Source of the DNA: Gemmatimonadales bacterium
Lineage (GTDB): Bacteria > Gemmatimonadota > Gemmatimonadetes > Gemmatimonadales > GWC2-71-9
NCBI GenBank assembly: GCA_036500345.1
Contig: DASYCE010000031.1
Location: 98,728-162,727, forward strand
Reading direction: 5' to 3'
Length of the DNA: 64,000 nucleotides
The notes below the pieces were generated by a model, which saw nothing but the letters and a program-made list of their open reading frames with translations, had not been told where the DNA came from and did not search any database. Below, piece by piece: positions 39,069 through 49,235 of the stretch (the first letter of the stretch is position 1; each line of letters starts with the position of its first letter). Both the position numbers and the translations under genes were made by a program.

Positions 39069-40136
39069 TCATCGGTCCCCGGCGATCCACATCCGCTTGA
39101 GGGCGGCGACCGACCGGATCCGTTCTTCGGCGAGCCGATCGGCGGCCTCGAACGACGGCACGCCGTCGCGGCTGGCGATCGCGAAGACGCGGAGGATCGT
39201 GTCGTAGATCTCCTGCGCCTTCCGCTTGGCGCGCTCGTGCGTCCATCCCTGCAGTTCGCCGAAGACATTCACCACGCCGCCGCCGTTGATGACGTAGTCC
39301 GGGGCGTAGAGAATCCCCTTCTTCTCCAGTTCGATCCCGTGCCGCGTCTCGGCGAGCTGATTGTTGGCGCCGCCTGCCACGATCTCGACCTTGAGCCGCT
39401 TGATCGTGTCGTCGTTGATCACGGCACCCAGCGCACATGGCGCGAAGATGTCGGCCTGGACATCGTAGATCGCATCGGGCGCCACCGCCGTTGCGCCGAG
39501 CTCGTCGACGACGCGCTTCACCTTGTCGGCGTCGATGTCGGTGGTGATCAGCTTGGCGCCCTCTTCCTTGAGGTGCTTCATCAGGTAGAAGGCGACTTTC
39601 CCCGCGCCCTGCACCGCGATCGTCTTGCCGGCGAGCGAATCCTTCCCCCACTTGAGCTTCGCCATCGCCTTCAGGCCGACGTAGACGCCGTAACTCGTCA
39701 CCGGCGACGGATCGCCCGACAGCGAGAGGAGGCCGGCGACGTGCTGCGTCTCGCGCTTGACGAATTCCATGTCGGTCGGCGATGTGCCGACATCTTCGGC
39801 GGTGATGTAGCGGCCACCGAGCGTTTCAACGAAACGACCGTGCGCGCGGAAGAGCGATTCGCGATCGGGGCGCTTCGGATCGGCGATGATCACCGCCTTG
39901 CCGCCGCCGAGATTGAGTCCCGCGACCGCCGACTTGTAGGTCATCCCGCGCGACAGGCGAAGGACATCGCGCAGCGCTTCATCGGTCGAGCCGTACGGCC
40001 AGACGCGCGTCCCGCCCAAGGCGGGGCCGAGCGTGGTGTCGTGGATCGCGATGATGCCGAAGTAGCCGCACGACGGATCGTGCGAGAAGACGACCTGCTC
40101 GTGCCCGCGCGACTTCATCTCGTTGAAGATGTCCAT
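39069..40136 (-). CDS. Leucine dehydrogenase (Glu/Leu/Phe/Val dehydrogenase family)
   Basis: 355 aa. [21 protein letters not shown]...[29 protein letters not shown] is nearly colinear with Bacillus LeuDH. The start shares 1 nt with the hbd stop. Confidence 0.85.
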   Translation of the reverse strand: MDIFNEMKSRGHEQVVFSHDPSCGYFGIIAIHDTTLGPALGGTRVWPYGSTDEALRDVLRLSRGMTYKSAVAGLNLGGGKAVIIADPKRPDRESLFRAHGRFVETLGGRYITAEDVGTSPTDMEFVKRETQHVAGLLSLSGDPSPVTSYGVYVGLKAMAKLKWGKDSLAGKTIAVQGAGKVAFYLMKHLKEEGAKLITTDIDADKVKRVVDELGATAVAPDAIYDVQADIFAPCALGAVINDDTIKRLKVEIVAGGANNQLAETRHGIELEKKGILYAPDYVINGGGVVNVFGELQGWTHERAKRKAQEIYDTILRVFAIASRDGVPSFEAADRLAEERIRSVAALKRMWIAGDR

Positions 40137-40987
40137 TAAGCCTTCGCCCCGTAGTTGAAGAAGCCCTTGCCACTCTTCCGTCCGAGATCACCGGCTGCCA
40201 CCATCTTCTTGAGGAGCGGGCACGGACGGTACTTGTCGTCGCCCAACCCCACATGCAGCACGTCGAGAATCGCGAGACAGACATCGAGGCCGATGAAATC
40301 CGCCAGCGCGAGCGGCCCCATCGGATGTGCCATCCCGAGCTTCATCACGGTGTCGATTGCTTCAGGCGTGGCGACACCTTCGAAGACGCAGAAGATCGCT
40401 TCGTTGATCATCGGCATCAGCACGCGATTGGCGACGAACCCTGGATAGTCGTTGACCTCGACCGGAGTCTTGCCGAGTGCCGTGGCGGTCTCGAGAACGG
40501 TCTTCGTGGTGGCGTCGCTGGTGGCGTAGCCGCGGATCACTTCCACCAGCTGCATCACCGGCACGGGATTCATGAAGTGCATCCCGATCACCTGCGGGGC
40601 GCGCTTCGTCTTCGCCGCGATCTCGGTGATCGAGATCGACGACGTGTTGGTGGCGAGAATGGCGGCAGGGTTGCAGAGCTGGTCGAGCCTGGTGAAGAGA
40701 TCGAACTTGATCGCGGGGTTTTCACTCGCGGCCTCGACCACCAGTGCCGCGTCCTTCGCGAGCGCGAGGTCGGTGCCGGTGGTGATCCGTCCGATGATCT
40801 CTCCGGGTGCTTCGGCGGTGATCGTCCCCTTCTTCACCTGACGATCGAGATTCCCCTTGATGGTAGTGAGCGCCTTGTCGAGCGCGCCCTGATTGACATC
40901 GATCAATGCGACGTCGTGCGAATGCTGCGCGAAGACGTGGGCGATGCCGTTGCCCATCGTGCCGGAGCCGATGACGGCGATCTTCAC
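40136..40987 (-). CDS. hbd: 3-hydroxybutyryl-CoA dehydrogenase
   Basis: 283 aa. [20 protein letters not shown] Rossmann motif. NTSSISIT and [14 protein letters not shown] motifs of the 3-hydroxyacyl-CoA dehydrogenase family. Confidence 0.9.
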   Translation of the reverse strand: MKIAVIGSGTMGNGIAHVFAQHSHDVALIDVNQGALDKALTTIKGNLDRQVKKGTITAEAPGEIIGRITTGTDLALAKDAALVVEAASENPAIKFDLFTRLDQLCNPAAILATNTSSISITEIAAKTKRAPQVIGMHFMNPVPVMQLVEVIRGYATSDATTKTVLETATALGKTPVEVNDYPGFVANRVLMPMINEAIFCVFEGVATPEAIDTVMKLGMAHPMGPLALADFIGLDVCLAILDVLHVGLGDDKYRPCPLLKKMVAAGDLGRKSGKGFFNYGAKA

Positions 40988-42171
40988 AGTGCCTCTACCG
41001 ACAGTGCCACCGCGTTGCCGCCGCCGAGGCAGAGGGTCGCGAGTCCGGTGCGCGCCTTCCGGTCGCGCATGGCGTAGAGCAGCGTCGCCAGGACGCGCGC
41101 GCCGGACGCACCGATCGGATGGCCGAGCGCGATGGCTCCGCCGTTGACGTTGACGCGATCCCAGTCCCAGCCGAGGGCGCGGCCATCGGCGAGCGCCTGC
41201 ACCGCGAACGCTTCGTTCGCTTCGATCAGGTCGTAGTCGCCGATCGACGTCCCGGCCTTCTTCATCAGAGATTCGACCGCGGCGACCGGCGCGAAGAAGA
41301 GATCCTTCGGCTCACCGCCGCCGGTTGCATACGCCGTGATCCGCGCCATCGGAACGAGACCGTGCGCCTTGGCGAATGCCAGCGAGGTGACGACGGTGGC
41401 GGCGCCGCCATCGTTGAGACCAGGGGCATTCCCTGCCGTCACCGTGCCGTCTTTCCGGAAGACCGGCTTGAGCTTGGCGAGCGAATCGGGCGAGGTGTCG
41501 GCGCGCGGTGATTCATCGGCGCTGACCGTGGTGGTGCCCCCCTTCCCCGCGATCTCGACACCGACCATCTCCGCGTCGAACTTCCCCGCCTTCTGCGCCG
41601 CGACCGCGCGACGATGCGATTCGGCGGCGTAGGTGTCCTGGTCCTGCCGCGACACCTTCGCCTTCTCGGCAGTGTACTCCGCGTACTCACCCATGTGGTT
41701 GTTGCCGAACGAATCCCAGAGTCCGTCGTGGATCATGCCGTCGACGATCGTCTGGTTTCCCGCCTTGATCCCGCCCCGGTAGTTGTAGAGGTAGTGCGGC
41801 GCGTTCGACATCGATTCCATCCCGCCGGCAACGACGCACTCGGCGTCGCCCGCCTTGATCGCCTGCGCGGCGAGCATCACGGCCTTGAGTCCCGAGCCGC
41901 AGACCTTGTTGATCGTCACGGCGGGGATCCGCGCGGGGAGGCCGGCGTGGATCATCGCCTGGCGGGCCGGCGCCTGGCCGGTACCGCCCTGGACCACGTG
42001 GCCCATGATGACGTCGTCGATTGCCTGGGGGTCGATTCCGGCACGGCGGACCGCTTCCTTGATCGCCAAGGCACCGAGTCGCGTCGCAGGGATGGAGGAG
42101 ATGGCGCCGAGGTACTTGCCGATCGGGGTCCGGCAGGCGCTGAGAATGACAGGAGTTGTTGCGTCGGTCAC
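40984..42171 (-). CDS. Acetyl-CoA C-acetyltransferase (thiolase II)
   Basis: ORF-track entry trimmed to GTG at 42171 ([20 protein letters not shown]). Active-site motifs [27 protein letters not shown] and [14 protein letters not shown] overlap with hbd. Confidence 0.9.
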   Translation of the reverse strand: MTDATTPVILSACRTPIGKYLGAISSIPATRLGALAIKEAVRRAGIDPQAIDDVIMGHVVQGGTGQAPARQAMIHAGLPARIPAVTINKVCGSGLKAVMLAAQAIKAGDAECVVAGGMESMSNAPHYLYNYRGGIKAGNQTIVDGMIHDGLWDSFGNNHMGEYAEYTAEKAKVSRQDQDTYAAESHRRAVAAQKAGKFDAEMVGVEIAGKGGTTTVSADESPRADTSPDSLAKLKPVFRKDGTVTAGNAPGLNDGGAATVVTSLAFAKAHGLVPMARITAYATGGGEPKDLFFAPVAAVESLMKKAGTSIGDYDLIEANEAFAVQALADGRALGWDWDRVNVNGGAIALGHPIGASGARVLATLLYAMRDRKARTGLATLCLGGGNAVALSVEAL

Positions 42172-42257
42172 TGGTTCAGATCCGTGATTGAAACGCGCGA
42201 AAGATACCCGGATCGTGACATCCCCTTGTCTTTCGGTTTTTATTCGGTTAACTGTTC

Positions 42258-42977
42258 GTGCCCGATCGACCGGATCCGACCCTGCCCGCGACTGCCACTG
42301 CCCTCGACCTCCGTAACCAGCTCGCCAAGCGCTTCCCCGATGCGATTCCGCTGGCGGGTCGGCGGGAGAGCGGCGTGGCGACCGGGATCGAGCTTTTTGA
42401 TCGAGTCCTCCCGAATGCCGGCCTCCCGCGGGGGCGTCCGACAGTCTGGAGCACCCCGGCAAGCGGGGCCACGGCGATCCTCTCCCACGCCTGCCGGGCG
42501 ACCCTCGCCTCCGGTCTCAGGGCGGCATGGATCGACGGCGCCAGGACCCTTGGACCGGGGTGGGTGTCGGGGCCGCTGGTCCTGCGACCTCGCACTCCAT
42601 TGCTGGGGCTCCGCTTCGCCGAGCTGCTCCTCCTGTCGGGAGGGTTCTCGCTGGTGGTGCTGAGCGGGATCCCCGCCGATCGGACCACCCTCTTCCGTCT
42701 CGCGCGCGCGGTGCACGAAGGGGGCGGCGCCTTCGCCATGCTGGCGGCGGGATCGCTCCCGGCGGCGCTGCGGATCACCTCGCGCTACCTGCCGGAGCGA
42801 TTCGTCTACGCGCCCACGCCGTTTGGTGATGCCGCCATGGTGCGCACCGTCGCCGTTGCCATCGATGCTACTTCCTCGGGGTGGAACGCCTCGACCACAC
42901 TCTCTCTTCCACTCGAGTCCCATGACGTTCGTAGCGCTCTCGATCCCGGATTGGCCGACCGGCGCGGCAGCGAATGA
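42258..42977 (+). CDS. imuA: ImuA-like protein (RecA/SulA-fold component of the ImuA-ImuB-DnaE2 mutasome)
   Basis: 239 aa, GTG start. ATGIELFDRVLPNAGLPRGRPTVW...GATAILSHA... resembles ImuA. Position immediately upstream of imuB and dnaE2. Confidence 0.65.
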   Translation: MPDRPDPTLPATATALDLRNQLAKRFPDAIPLAGRRESGVATGIELFDRVLPNAGLPRGRPTVWSTPASGATAILSHACRATLASGLRAAWIDGARTLGPGWVSGPLVLRPRTPLLGLRFAELLLLSGGFSLVVLSGIPADRTTLFRLARAVHEGGGAFAMLAAGSLPAALRITSRYLPERFVYAPTPFGDAAMVRTVAVAIDATSSGWNASTTLSLPLESHDVRSALDPGLADRRGSE

Positions 42978-44214
42978 CCTGCTGGCGCAGCTGCTCGCCG
43001 TCGCACCGCGCGCCGCGGTAAGTCCCACCGAGCAGCTGGCGTGGCTCGACGCGCGCTCGCTGCAGCCGGCGGCGCTGGCCACCAGTGCGCGCGCGGCACT
43101 GGGGAGCAGCGGGATCGCCGTGCAGGGAGCAGCGGCCGCCCAGGTGCCGATCGTTGCGGCGATCGCGGCGCGGCGTGGTGACGCGCAGGGATGGATCGAC
43201 ATCGCCCCCGGTGCGGAGCGGAGCTATCTCGCGCCGCTGCCGCTCACCGTCCTCGGTGGCGAGGGAGCGGTCCACCATCTCCTCTTCGGCATCGGCGTCA
43301 CCCGCTGCGGTGAGCTCGCGCCGCTCAGCCGAGAATCGGTGGAAGTGCGCTTTGGCCGCGACGGCATGACGCTCTGGCGAATGGCGCGTGCCGACGATCG
43401 GCGGCGGCTCTTCTCGGCGCGCCCTCGCGAACTTCCCTCGGCGTCACTCGACTGGACCGAGTTCTCCACCACCGATCTCGAGCAGCTGATCTTCGTGCTG
43501 CATTCGCTGCTCAAGACGGTCTGCGATCAGCTGATCACCGCCGGGATTGGCGCGCGCACGCTGGAGATCACCCTGTCGCTGGAGAATCGCACCACGCTGA
43601 TCGAGCGCGTCACCGCCGCGCGCGGGACGTCGCAGCGCACCACCTGGCTGCGGCTGGTGCGGCGCACGCTGGAGAAGGTCGATCTCCCCGACCGGATCAC
43701 CGGGATCGCGGTGCGCGTCGACGCCGCCGGACCGCCGACGGTGCGGCAGGGAGATTTCTTCGACCTGGGCTTTGCCTCCGAAGAAGCGGCCGAGAGTGCG
43801 GTGAGTCATATCCTCGACCTGCAATCGGATGCGGTGATCGTCCCGGCGTTGCAGGCGCATCCGTTGCTCGAACGGCGCGTCGCGTGGCAGGCGCACCCCG
43901 AGGGGATGCCGGCGCGCGACGTCGATGCAGCGGACCTGCCGGCGGCATTGCAGCCGCAGCTTCTGCCGACTGCGCGCGCCGTGGATGTGACGACGCGCGA
44001 GCGGCGGAGTTTCCTGACGCCGGTGCATTACACCGACAACGGCGTGCGGCATCCGCTCCGCGAATCACTCGGCCCGCGTTGCGTGTCGGGGATGCCGTGG
44101 GAAGCGCCGATCGCGCGGGAGTATCACCAGGTGGTGCGCGACGACGGCGTGGTGGTGCTGCTCTATCGTGATGCATTGATCGATCAATGGTATCTGGCGG
44201 GATGGTGGGACTGA
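42922..44214 (+). CDS. imuB: ImuB, Y-family DNA polymerase-like accessory protein
   Basis: Trimmed to ATG at 42922 (MTFVALSIPDWPT). LAPLPLTVLGGEG...LFGIGVTRCGELAPLSRESVEVRFG is the Y-family little-finger/thumb pattern. C-terminal ...DQWYLAGWWD is typical of ImuB. Overlaps the imuA end by 56 nt. Confidence 0.75.
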   Translation: MTFVALSIPDWPTGAAANDLLAQLLAVAPRAAVSPTEQLAWLDARSLQPAALATSARAALGSSGIAVQGAAAAQVPIVAAIAARRGDAQGWIDIAPGAERSYLAPLPLTVLGGEGAVHHLLFGIGVTRCGELAPLSRESVEVRFGRDGMTLWRMARADDRRRLFSARPRELPSASLDWTEFSTTDLEQLIFVLHSLLKTVCDQLITAGIGARTLEITLSLENRTTLIERVTAARGTSQRTTWLRLVRRTLEKVDLPDRITGIAVRVDAAGPPTVRQGDFFDLGFASEEAAESAVSHILDLQSDAVIVPALQAHPLLERRVAWQAHPEGMPARDVDAADLPAALQPQLLPTARAVDVTTRERRSFLTPVHYTDNGVRHPLRESLGPRCVSGMPWEAPIAREYHQVVRDDGVVVLLYRDALIDQWYLAGWWD

Positions 44215-47200
44215 CCGAACTCCGGTGCCATTCCGCCTATTCCTTTGGCGATGGCGCCGTCTCACCCGAGCGGCTGGTGGAGCGCGCGGCGGCACTTGGC
44301 TATACGTCGCTCGGCCTCACTGACACCGCCGATCTGGGCGGGATCGTGCGCTTCGGCAGCGCCTGCGCCAGGCACGGTGTCGCCCCGGTGGTGGGGGCGG
44401 AGCTGGTGGTCGATGGGCGGCCGCTCGCGGTGCTGGCGCGGAGCAAGACCGGCTACAACAACCTCGCCGCGCTGGTGACGCGATCGCGCAGCAGCGAGCT
44501 GCTCGGCCCCGACGCGTCGCGCCCCGACCGCGGACGTCCGCGTCTCTCCTCCGACGATCTCCTGCCGCGCAGCGACGGATTGCAATTGCTCACCGGCCCG
44601 ACGTCGGGAATTCTCGCGACACTGGTGCGCGACGATCGCCGCTTCGAGGCGATTCGCCTGCTGCATCAGTGGCGCGAACAATTCGGCGGGCATGTCGCCG
44701 TCGAAGTCCATTGGCATCAGACCGGCAGCGACGAACTCGCCCTCGCCGATGCGCTGATTGCCCTCGCCGGCAAGGCCCGGGTGCCGTGGTTCGTGGCGCA
44801 GGACCCGCGCTACATCGATTACGGCTCGCGGATGGTGCACGAGATGCTCACGGCACTCCGGCAGAAGATCACCTTCGACGAACTCACCCGGCGCGGCCTG
44901 GGACACAGCAACGGCGGGTGGCAGCTCCTCGACCCCGACACGTTGCGCACCCGCTGGCGCGAGCGCGACGCCGGCCTGGCGGAGAGCGCCGCGATCGCCG
45001 CGACGTGCGCCTTCGAGATGCAGTGGATCCGGCCACCGCTGCCAACATTCGATGTCGAACCGGGACACGACGACGACTCGTATCTCCGCGTCTGCGCACT
45101 GGCAGGTGCCCGCGAGCGGTGGGGTGACACGCTGAGCCGGGTGCAGCAGGAACAGCTCGATCGCGAACTCGAGGTCATTCGCGGGCTGGGATTTGCCGGC
45201 TTCTTCCTGGTGATGTGGGACGCAGTGCGCGAAGGGCGGCGCCTCGGCATTCTCTGCCAGGGACGCGGCAGCGCCGCCAATTCCGCCGTGGTCTATTGTC
45301 TCGGCATCACCGCGATCGATCCGGTGGCCAACGGACTCCTCTTCGAACGATTTCTTTCGCCGGCGCGCACCAACGGGATGACCGAAGCCCCGGACATCGA
45401 CGTCGATTTCGAGCACGACCGGCGCGAAGAGATCCTCGACTACATGTACGCCAGGTACCACCGCAGCGGATCGGCGATCACCGGGGTGACGCAGATCTAC
45501 AGCGCGCCAACAGCGCTGCAGGACGGGATGCGCGCACTTGGGCTTCCGGCGGAGCTGGCGTTCAAGCTCTCCAAGCGGCTGCATCACAGCAGCGCCCAGC
45601 ATGGCGCGGAGCGGCTGGTCAAGGAGATCGGACCGCGATTCTCCTTCGACACCACGACGCCGCGGGCGAAGGTCCTCCTCACCATCATGCGCGCCTGCGA
45701 GGAGTTGCCGAGGATGCGGTCGACGCATCCCGGGGGATTCGTGCTCTCGTCGGAGCCGCTGGGGAACTATGCGCCGGTGGAGTGGACCACCATGGGGCGG
45801 TCGATCATCCAGTTCGACAAGGACGATCTCGACGAAGTGGGGATTCCGAAGTTCGACTTCCTCGGCCTCGGTGGCCTCGCGGTGGTGCGGCGCGCCTTCG
45901 ACGCGATCGAGGCGGAGACCGGTGATCGCCCGGAGATGTACCGGATCCCGATCGACGACCGGCCGACGTACCAGATGATCTCGCGCGGCGACACGCTGGG
46001 GACCTTCCAGATCGAGAGTCGCGCGCAGATCTCGTCGATCGTGCTGACGAGGCCGGAGCAACTCTACGACATCACGGTGCAGGTGGCGCTGATCCGTCCG
46101 GGGCCGATCCAGGGGAAATTCGTGCGGCCATACACCGACCGGCGGCGCGGGCGCGAACCGGTGACATATGCCGATCCGCGACTGGAGCCGATCCTCAAGC
46201 GGACGCAGGGGATCCCGATCTTCCAGGAACAGGCGATGGCGATCGCGATCAACCTCGCGGGCTACACGCCGACCGAAGCCGACATGCTGCGGCGCACGAT
46301 GGGAAACCAGCGGAAGGAAGCGAAGCTCACCGCGGCGCTGGTTGAGCTGCGCGAACGACTGGTGGAAGCGAAGCTCTCGCCGGAGGTCGCGGCACAGATC
46401 GAGTCCGACCTGCGTGGCTTCGCGAACTACGGCTTTCCGGAATCGCACGCCTGGAGCTTCGCGCTGATCGCCTACGCCACGGCGTGGCTCAAGCAGAATC
46501 ATCCGACGGCGTTCTACTTCGGCCTGCTCAATTCACAGCCGATGGGGTTCTACTCGGTGGGAACGCTCCTGCAGGACGCGCGACGTCACGGCGTGCCGCT
46601 GCTGCCGCCGTGCCTTCGCGACGGCGAGCGGCATTGCACCATCGAGGCCGCAGCAGCGGGAGAACTCCCGCCGCTGCGAATCGGCTGGCGCTTTGCGCGT
46701 GGACTCGGCGATCGGCAGCTCGATGCCCTCGATGCCGCCCAGCAGGCGGCGCGATTCACCAGCATCGCCGATGTGGTGCAGCGCGGCGCGCTCGACCGGA
46801 GCGCCACGGTGGCGCTGGCGCGCGCGGGGGCGTTTGCCGCGTGGGAACCCGATCGCCGGCGGGCGGCGTGGGAAGCACTCCGTGCCGCGGGTGACACGAT
46901 GCCGCTCGCGCCGGCGCGCGACACGGAGTTCATGCCGAAGCCGATGAGCGGCCGGCATCGCCGCCTCCTCGACTATTTCGCCAACGGCTACTGCCTCGAC
47001 GGCCATCCGATGCAGGACCTGCGCGAGCAGCTGCAGAAGTGGGGAGTGGAGGACAGCATCACCGTCCAGCAGCGGAGGAACCGCGACACGGTGGTGGTGT
47101 GCGGGCTGATCATCGCGCGGCAGCGGCCGCAGACGGCGAAGGGGACGATCTTCCTCCTCCTCGAGGACGAGCATGGCCATATCAACGTGATCGTGCCGGT

Positions 47201-47366
47201 GAGTGTCACGGGGAAGGATCGCGACGCGATGCTCTCCGCGATCGTGATCATGGTGCAGGGGCGGGTGGACAAATCGAGCGACGACGCGATCCAGCAGATC
47301 GTGGGAGAGCGATTCCAGGAGTTGCAGGTGGCAGGGCTGACGCAGACGAGCCGGGATTTCCACTAG
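44202..47366 (+). CDS. dnaE2: Error-prone DNA polymerase III alpha-type subunit DnaE2
   Basis: ORF 44187..47366; ATG at 44202 gives MVGLTELRCHSAYSFGDGAVSPERL (PHP domain). Motifs FFLVMWD, GRGSAANSAVVYCLGIT, PDIDVDFEHDRREE, GIPKFDFLGLGGL. Cassette context with imuA and imuB. Confidence 0.9.
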   Translation: MVGLTELRCHSAYSFGDGAVSPERLVERAAALGYTSLGLTDTADLGGIVRFGSACARHGVAPVVGAELVVDGRPLAVLARSKTGYNNLAALVTRSRSSELLGPDASRPDRGRPRLSSDDLLPRSDGLQLLTGPTSGILATLVRDDRRFEAIRLLHQWREQFGGHVAVEVHWHQTGSDELALADALIALAGKARVPWFVAQDPRYIDYGSRMVHEMLTALRQKITFDELTRRGLGHSNGGWQLLDPDTLRTRWRERDAGLAESAAIAATCAFEMQWIRPPLPTFDVEPGHDDDSYLRVCALAGARERWGDTLSRVQQEQLDRELEVIRGLGFAGFFLVMWDAVREGRRLGILCQGRGSAANSAVVYCLGITAIDPVANGLLFERFLSPARTNGMTEAPDIDVDFEHDRREEILDYMYARYHRSGSAITGVTQIYSAPTALQDGMRALGLPAELAFKLSKRLHHSSAQHGAERLVKEIGPRFSFDTTTPRAKVLLTIMRACEELPRMRSTHPGGFVLSSEPLGNYAPVEWTTMGRSIIQFDKDDLDEVGIPKFDFLGLGGLAVVRRAFDAIEAETGDRPEMYRIPIDDRPTYQMISRGDTLGTFQIESRAQISSIVLTRPEQLYDITVQVALIRPGPIQGKFVRPYTDRRRGREPVTYADPRLEPILKRTQGIPIFQEQAMAIAINLAGYTPTEADMLRRTMGNQRKEAKLTAALVELRERLVEAKLSPEVAAQIESDLRGFANYGFPESHAWSFALIAYATAWLKQNHPTAFYFGLLNSQPMGFYSVGTLLQDARRHGVPLLPPCLRDGERHCTIEAAAAGELPPLRIGWRFARGLGDRQLDALDAAQQAARFTSIADVVQRGALDRSATVALARAGAFAAWEPDRRRAAWEALRAAGDTMPLAPARDTEFMPKPMSGRHRRLLDYFANGYCLDGHPMQDLREQLQKWGVEDSITVQQRRNRDTVVVCGLIIARQRPQTAKGTIFLLLEDEHGHINVIVPVSVTGKDRDAMLSAIVIMVQGRVDKSSDDAIQQIVGERFQELQVAGLTQTSRDFH

Positions 47367-47384
47367 GGATTGCTATCGTTCGGG

Positions 47385-47954
47385 ATGCCACGATCCGCCG
47401 CCACTCCGCCTCCCCGCCCCACGCGCGCCGAACTGGAAGCCGCCAACGACAAGACGATCCGCGACATCATTGCGCCGGGGCTCGACGTCCTCTTCTGCGG
47501 GATCAACCCTGGACTCTACTCCGGGGCGACCGGCCATCACTTCGCGCGGCCGGGGAACCGTTTCTGGGGAGCGCTCCATGCCGGCGGATTCACCGCGCGC
47601 ACGCTGCACGCCTGGGAAGAGCGCGAGCTGCTCGATGTCGGCTGCGGGATCACCAACCTCGTGGCGCGCACCACGGCGACGGCGGCCGAGCTCGACCGCG
47701 AGGAATATCTCGCCGGGCGCAAGCAGCTGGAGCGGAAGGTCCGGAGGTACACGCCGCGCTGGGTGGCGTTCGTGGGGATCGGCGCGTACCGCACCGCGTT
47801 CGAGCGGGCCAAGGCGACAATCGGCGAGCAGGAGGAAGTGATCGGCGAGAGCCGGATCTGGGTGCTGCCGAATCCGAGCGGGCTCAACGCGAATCATCAG
47901 GCCGCCGACCTGGCGCGGATGTTCGGGGGGTTGCGGCGGGCGGTGGAAGGCTGA
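47385..47954 (+). CDS. mug: G/U mismatch-specific uracil-DNA glycosylase (Mug, UDG family 2)
   Basis: ORF 47370..47954, ATG at 47385. LFCGINPGLYSGATGHHFARPGNRFW is the family-2 UDG active-site motif. NPSGLN near the C-terminus. Confidence 0.8.
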   Translation: MPRSAATPPPRPTRAELEAANDKTIRDIIAPGLDVLFCGINPGLYSGATGHHFARPGNRFWGALHAGGFTARTLHAWEERELLDVGCGITNLVARTTATAAELDREEYLAGRKQLERKVRRYTPRWVAFVGIGAYRTAFERAKATIGEQEEVIGESRIWVLPNPSGLNANHQAADLARMFGGLRRAVEG

Positions 47955-47985
47955 CGGGTCGCATCCACCGCGGCCCGTTCCCCGG

Positions 47986-49200
47986 TCACTGACCGGCGGC
48001 CAGGCGGAATATCTCCACGCTCTCCACGTCGCTGTCGTCGCGGGCAATCCCGAGGACGTAGTCCGCACCGATCTCCGTCGGCGTGAACCGCGCGGGCATG
48101 ACCACATCGTCGACCCATAGGCCCTGCGGGTCGAACACGGACCACGTGGTCGGCGTGTCGGAGCTAGGGCTGGAGCTCCATCCGTCACCCATACCTGCTT
48201 CGCGAACCCAGAGCCTGCCAACGCGATCGGCAATCAGCTGCGAAAACGCAGGGAGCGTGGCAAACGACGGGGCAGCCTTGATCGCCGCCAACACAGTTGC
48301 GGAATCGGCAGATCCCCGGGTCGACGACTGCAGGATCGCAAAACTGTCGATGACCGCCCTGGTCACCTTCAGCGGCGACCATTGGCGACGAATGATGTGA
48401 TCCAGGTGCCCGCTGAGTGAATAGACGCGGATGGAATACTCTGCCGAAAAACCCGCGAACACCGCTCCACGATTTGCCGCGAAGAAGGCGGCCGGAGCGA
48501 AGAGCGGTGCGACCGGCTCATCGTGCGCCATTTGCAGCACGTACGCAGGGAACGCACCGATCGACCCGGCGACAGCATTCTTGCCGCCGACGATCGCCAG
48601 GTAATAGGAGTCGACCAATCGCATACCCGGAGACGGCATCGCTGGCCTTTTCGTGCTAGCGATGAGTCGGTAGCCACCAGGCATGAGCGCAAGCACCAGG
48701 CGGTTCCCCGGGGTGATCTGAATGGGCGGATTGATCGCGTCGAGAAAATGGATGAAGCGACCGGTATTGGTGAAGTACTCGATCGAACCCCAGGGATCGC
48801 CGGCCGCGAGGGTGTCGCCCGGAAGAATCGAAAATGCCCCCAGTGCACCGAATTCCCCGGGGCCGTCTCCTTTTCGTCCGACGGCCTTGATGAAACCACC
48901 TGCAGGAGTGAAGAATCGAAGTTGTCGAGACCCGGCGTCCGCGACGACGATCCGGCCATCGGCGAGACGGCCAGCTCCGGCGATCCGGCTGAATTGGTGG
49001 CTGGTGTCTGCATTCGGGCCGATGATCAACAGCGGAGATGCAAGCAAGCGCTCCGCATGGGCGCCGGCACGCTGCGGACGTGAGTTTTCCACGATCCGGA
49101 TGCCGGCGCTGTCGCGGCTTCCCTGCGCGCTCAGACCGTGCAATCGGCCACCCGCGCATAGCACGATTGCGACGACAACGCCGGTGCCCGACCGTCTCAC
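47986..49200 (-). CDS. 6-bladed beta-propeller family protein (secreted)
   Basis: 404 aa with signal-like MRRSGTGVVVAIVLCAGGRLHGLSAQ. Hallmark VGRKGDGPGEFGALG. Paralog of 15740..16888 and 22090..23223, but with no adjacent Cys-peptide gene. Confidence 0.7.
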   Translation of the reverse strand: MRRSGTGVVVAIVLCAGGRLHGLSAQGSRDSAGIRIVENSRPQRAGAHAERLLASPLLIIGPNADTSHQFSRIAGAGRLADGRIVVADAGSRQLRFFTPAGGFIKAVGRKGDGPGEFGALGAFSILPGDTLAAGDPWGSIEYFTNTGRFIHFLDAINPPIQITPGNRLVLALMPGGYRLIASTKRPAMPSPGMRLVDSYYLAIVGGKNAVAGSIGAFPAYVLQMAHDEPVAPLFAPAAFFAANRGAVFAGFSAEYSIRVYSLSGHLDHIIRRQWSPLKVTRAVIDSFAILQSSTRGSADSATVLAAIKAAPSFATLPAFSQLIADRVGRLWVREAGMGDGWSSSPSSDTPTTWSVFDPQGLWVDDVVMPARFTPTEIGADYVLGIARDDSDVESVEIFRLAAGQ

Positions 49201-49235
49201 TTGCCGCTCACAGGATCATCCATCGGGTCGTTCTC

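Noticed and set aside
42172-42257. Canonical palindromic LexA boxes (CTGT-N8-ACAG or GAAC-N4-GTTC types) upstream of imuA
   Set aside because: I found only weak partial matches (GACA-N6-TGTC at about 42217..42230). None approaches a known consensus, so only the direct repeat is reported, as a low-confidence candidate.
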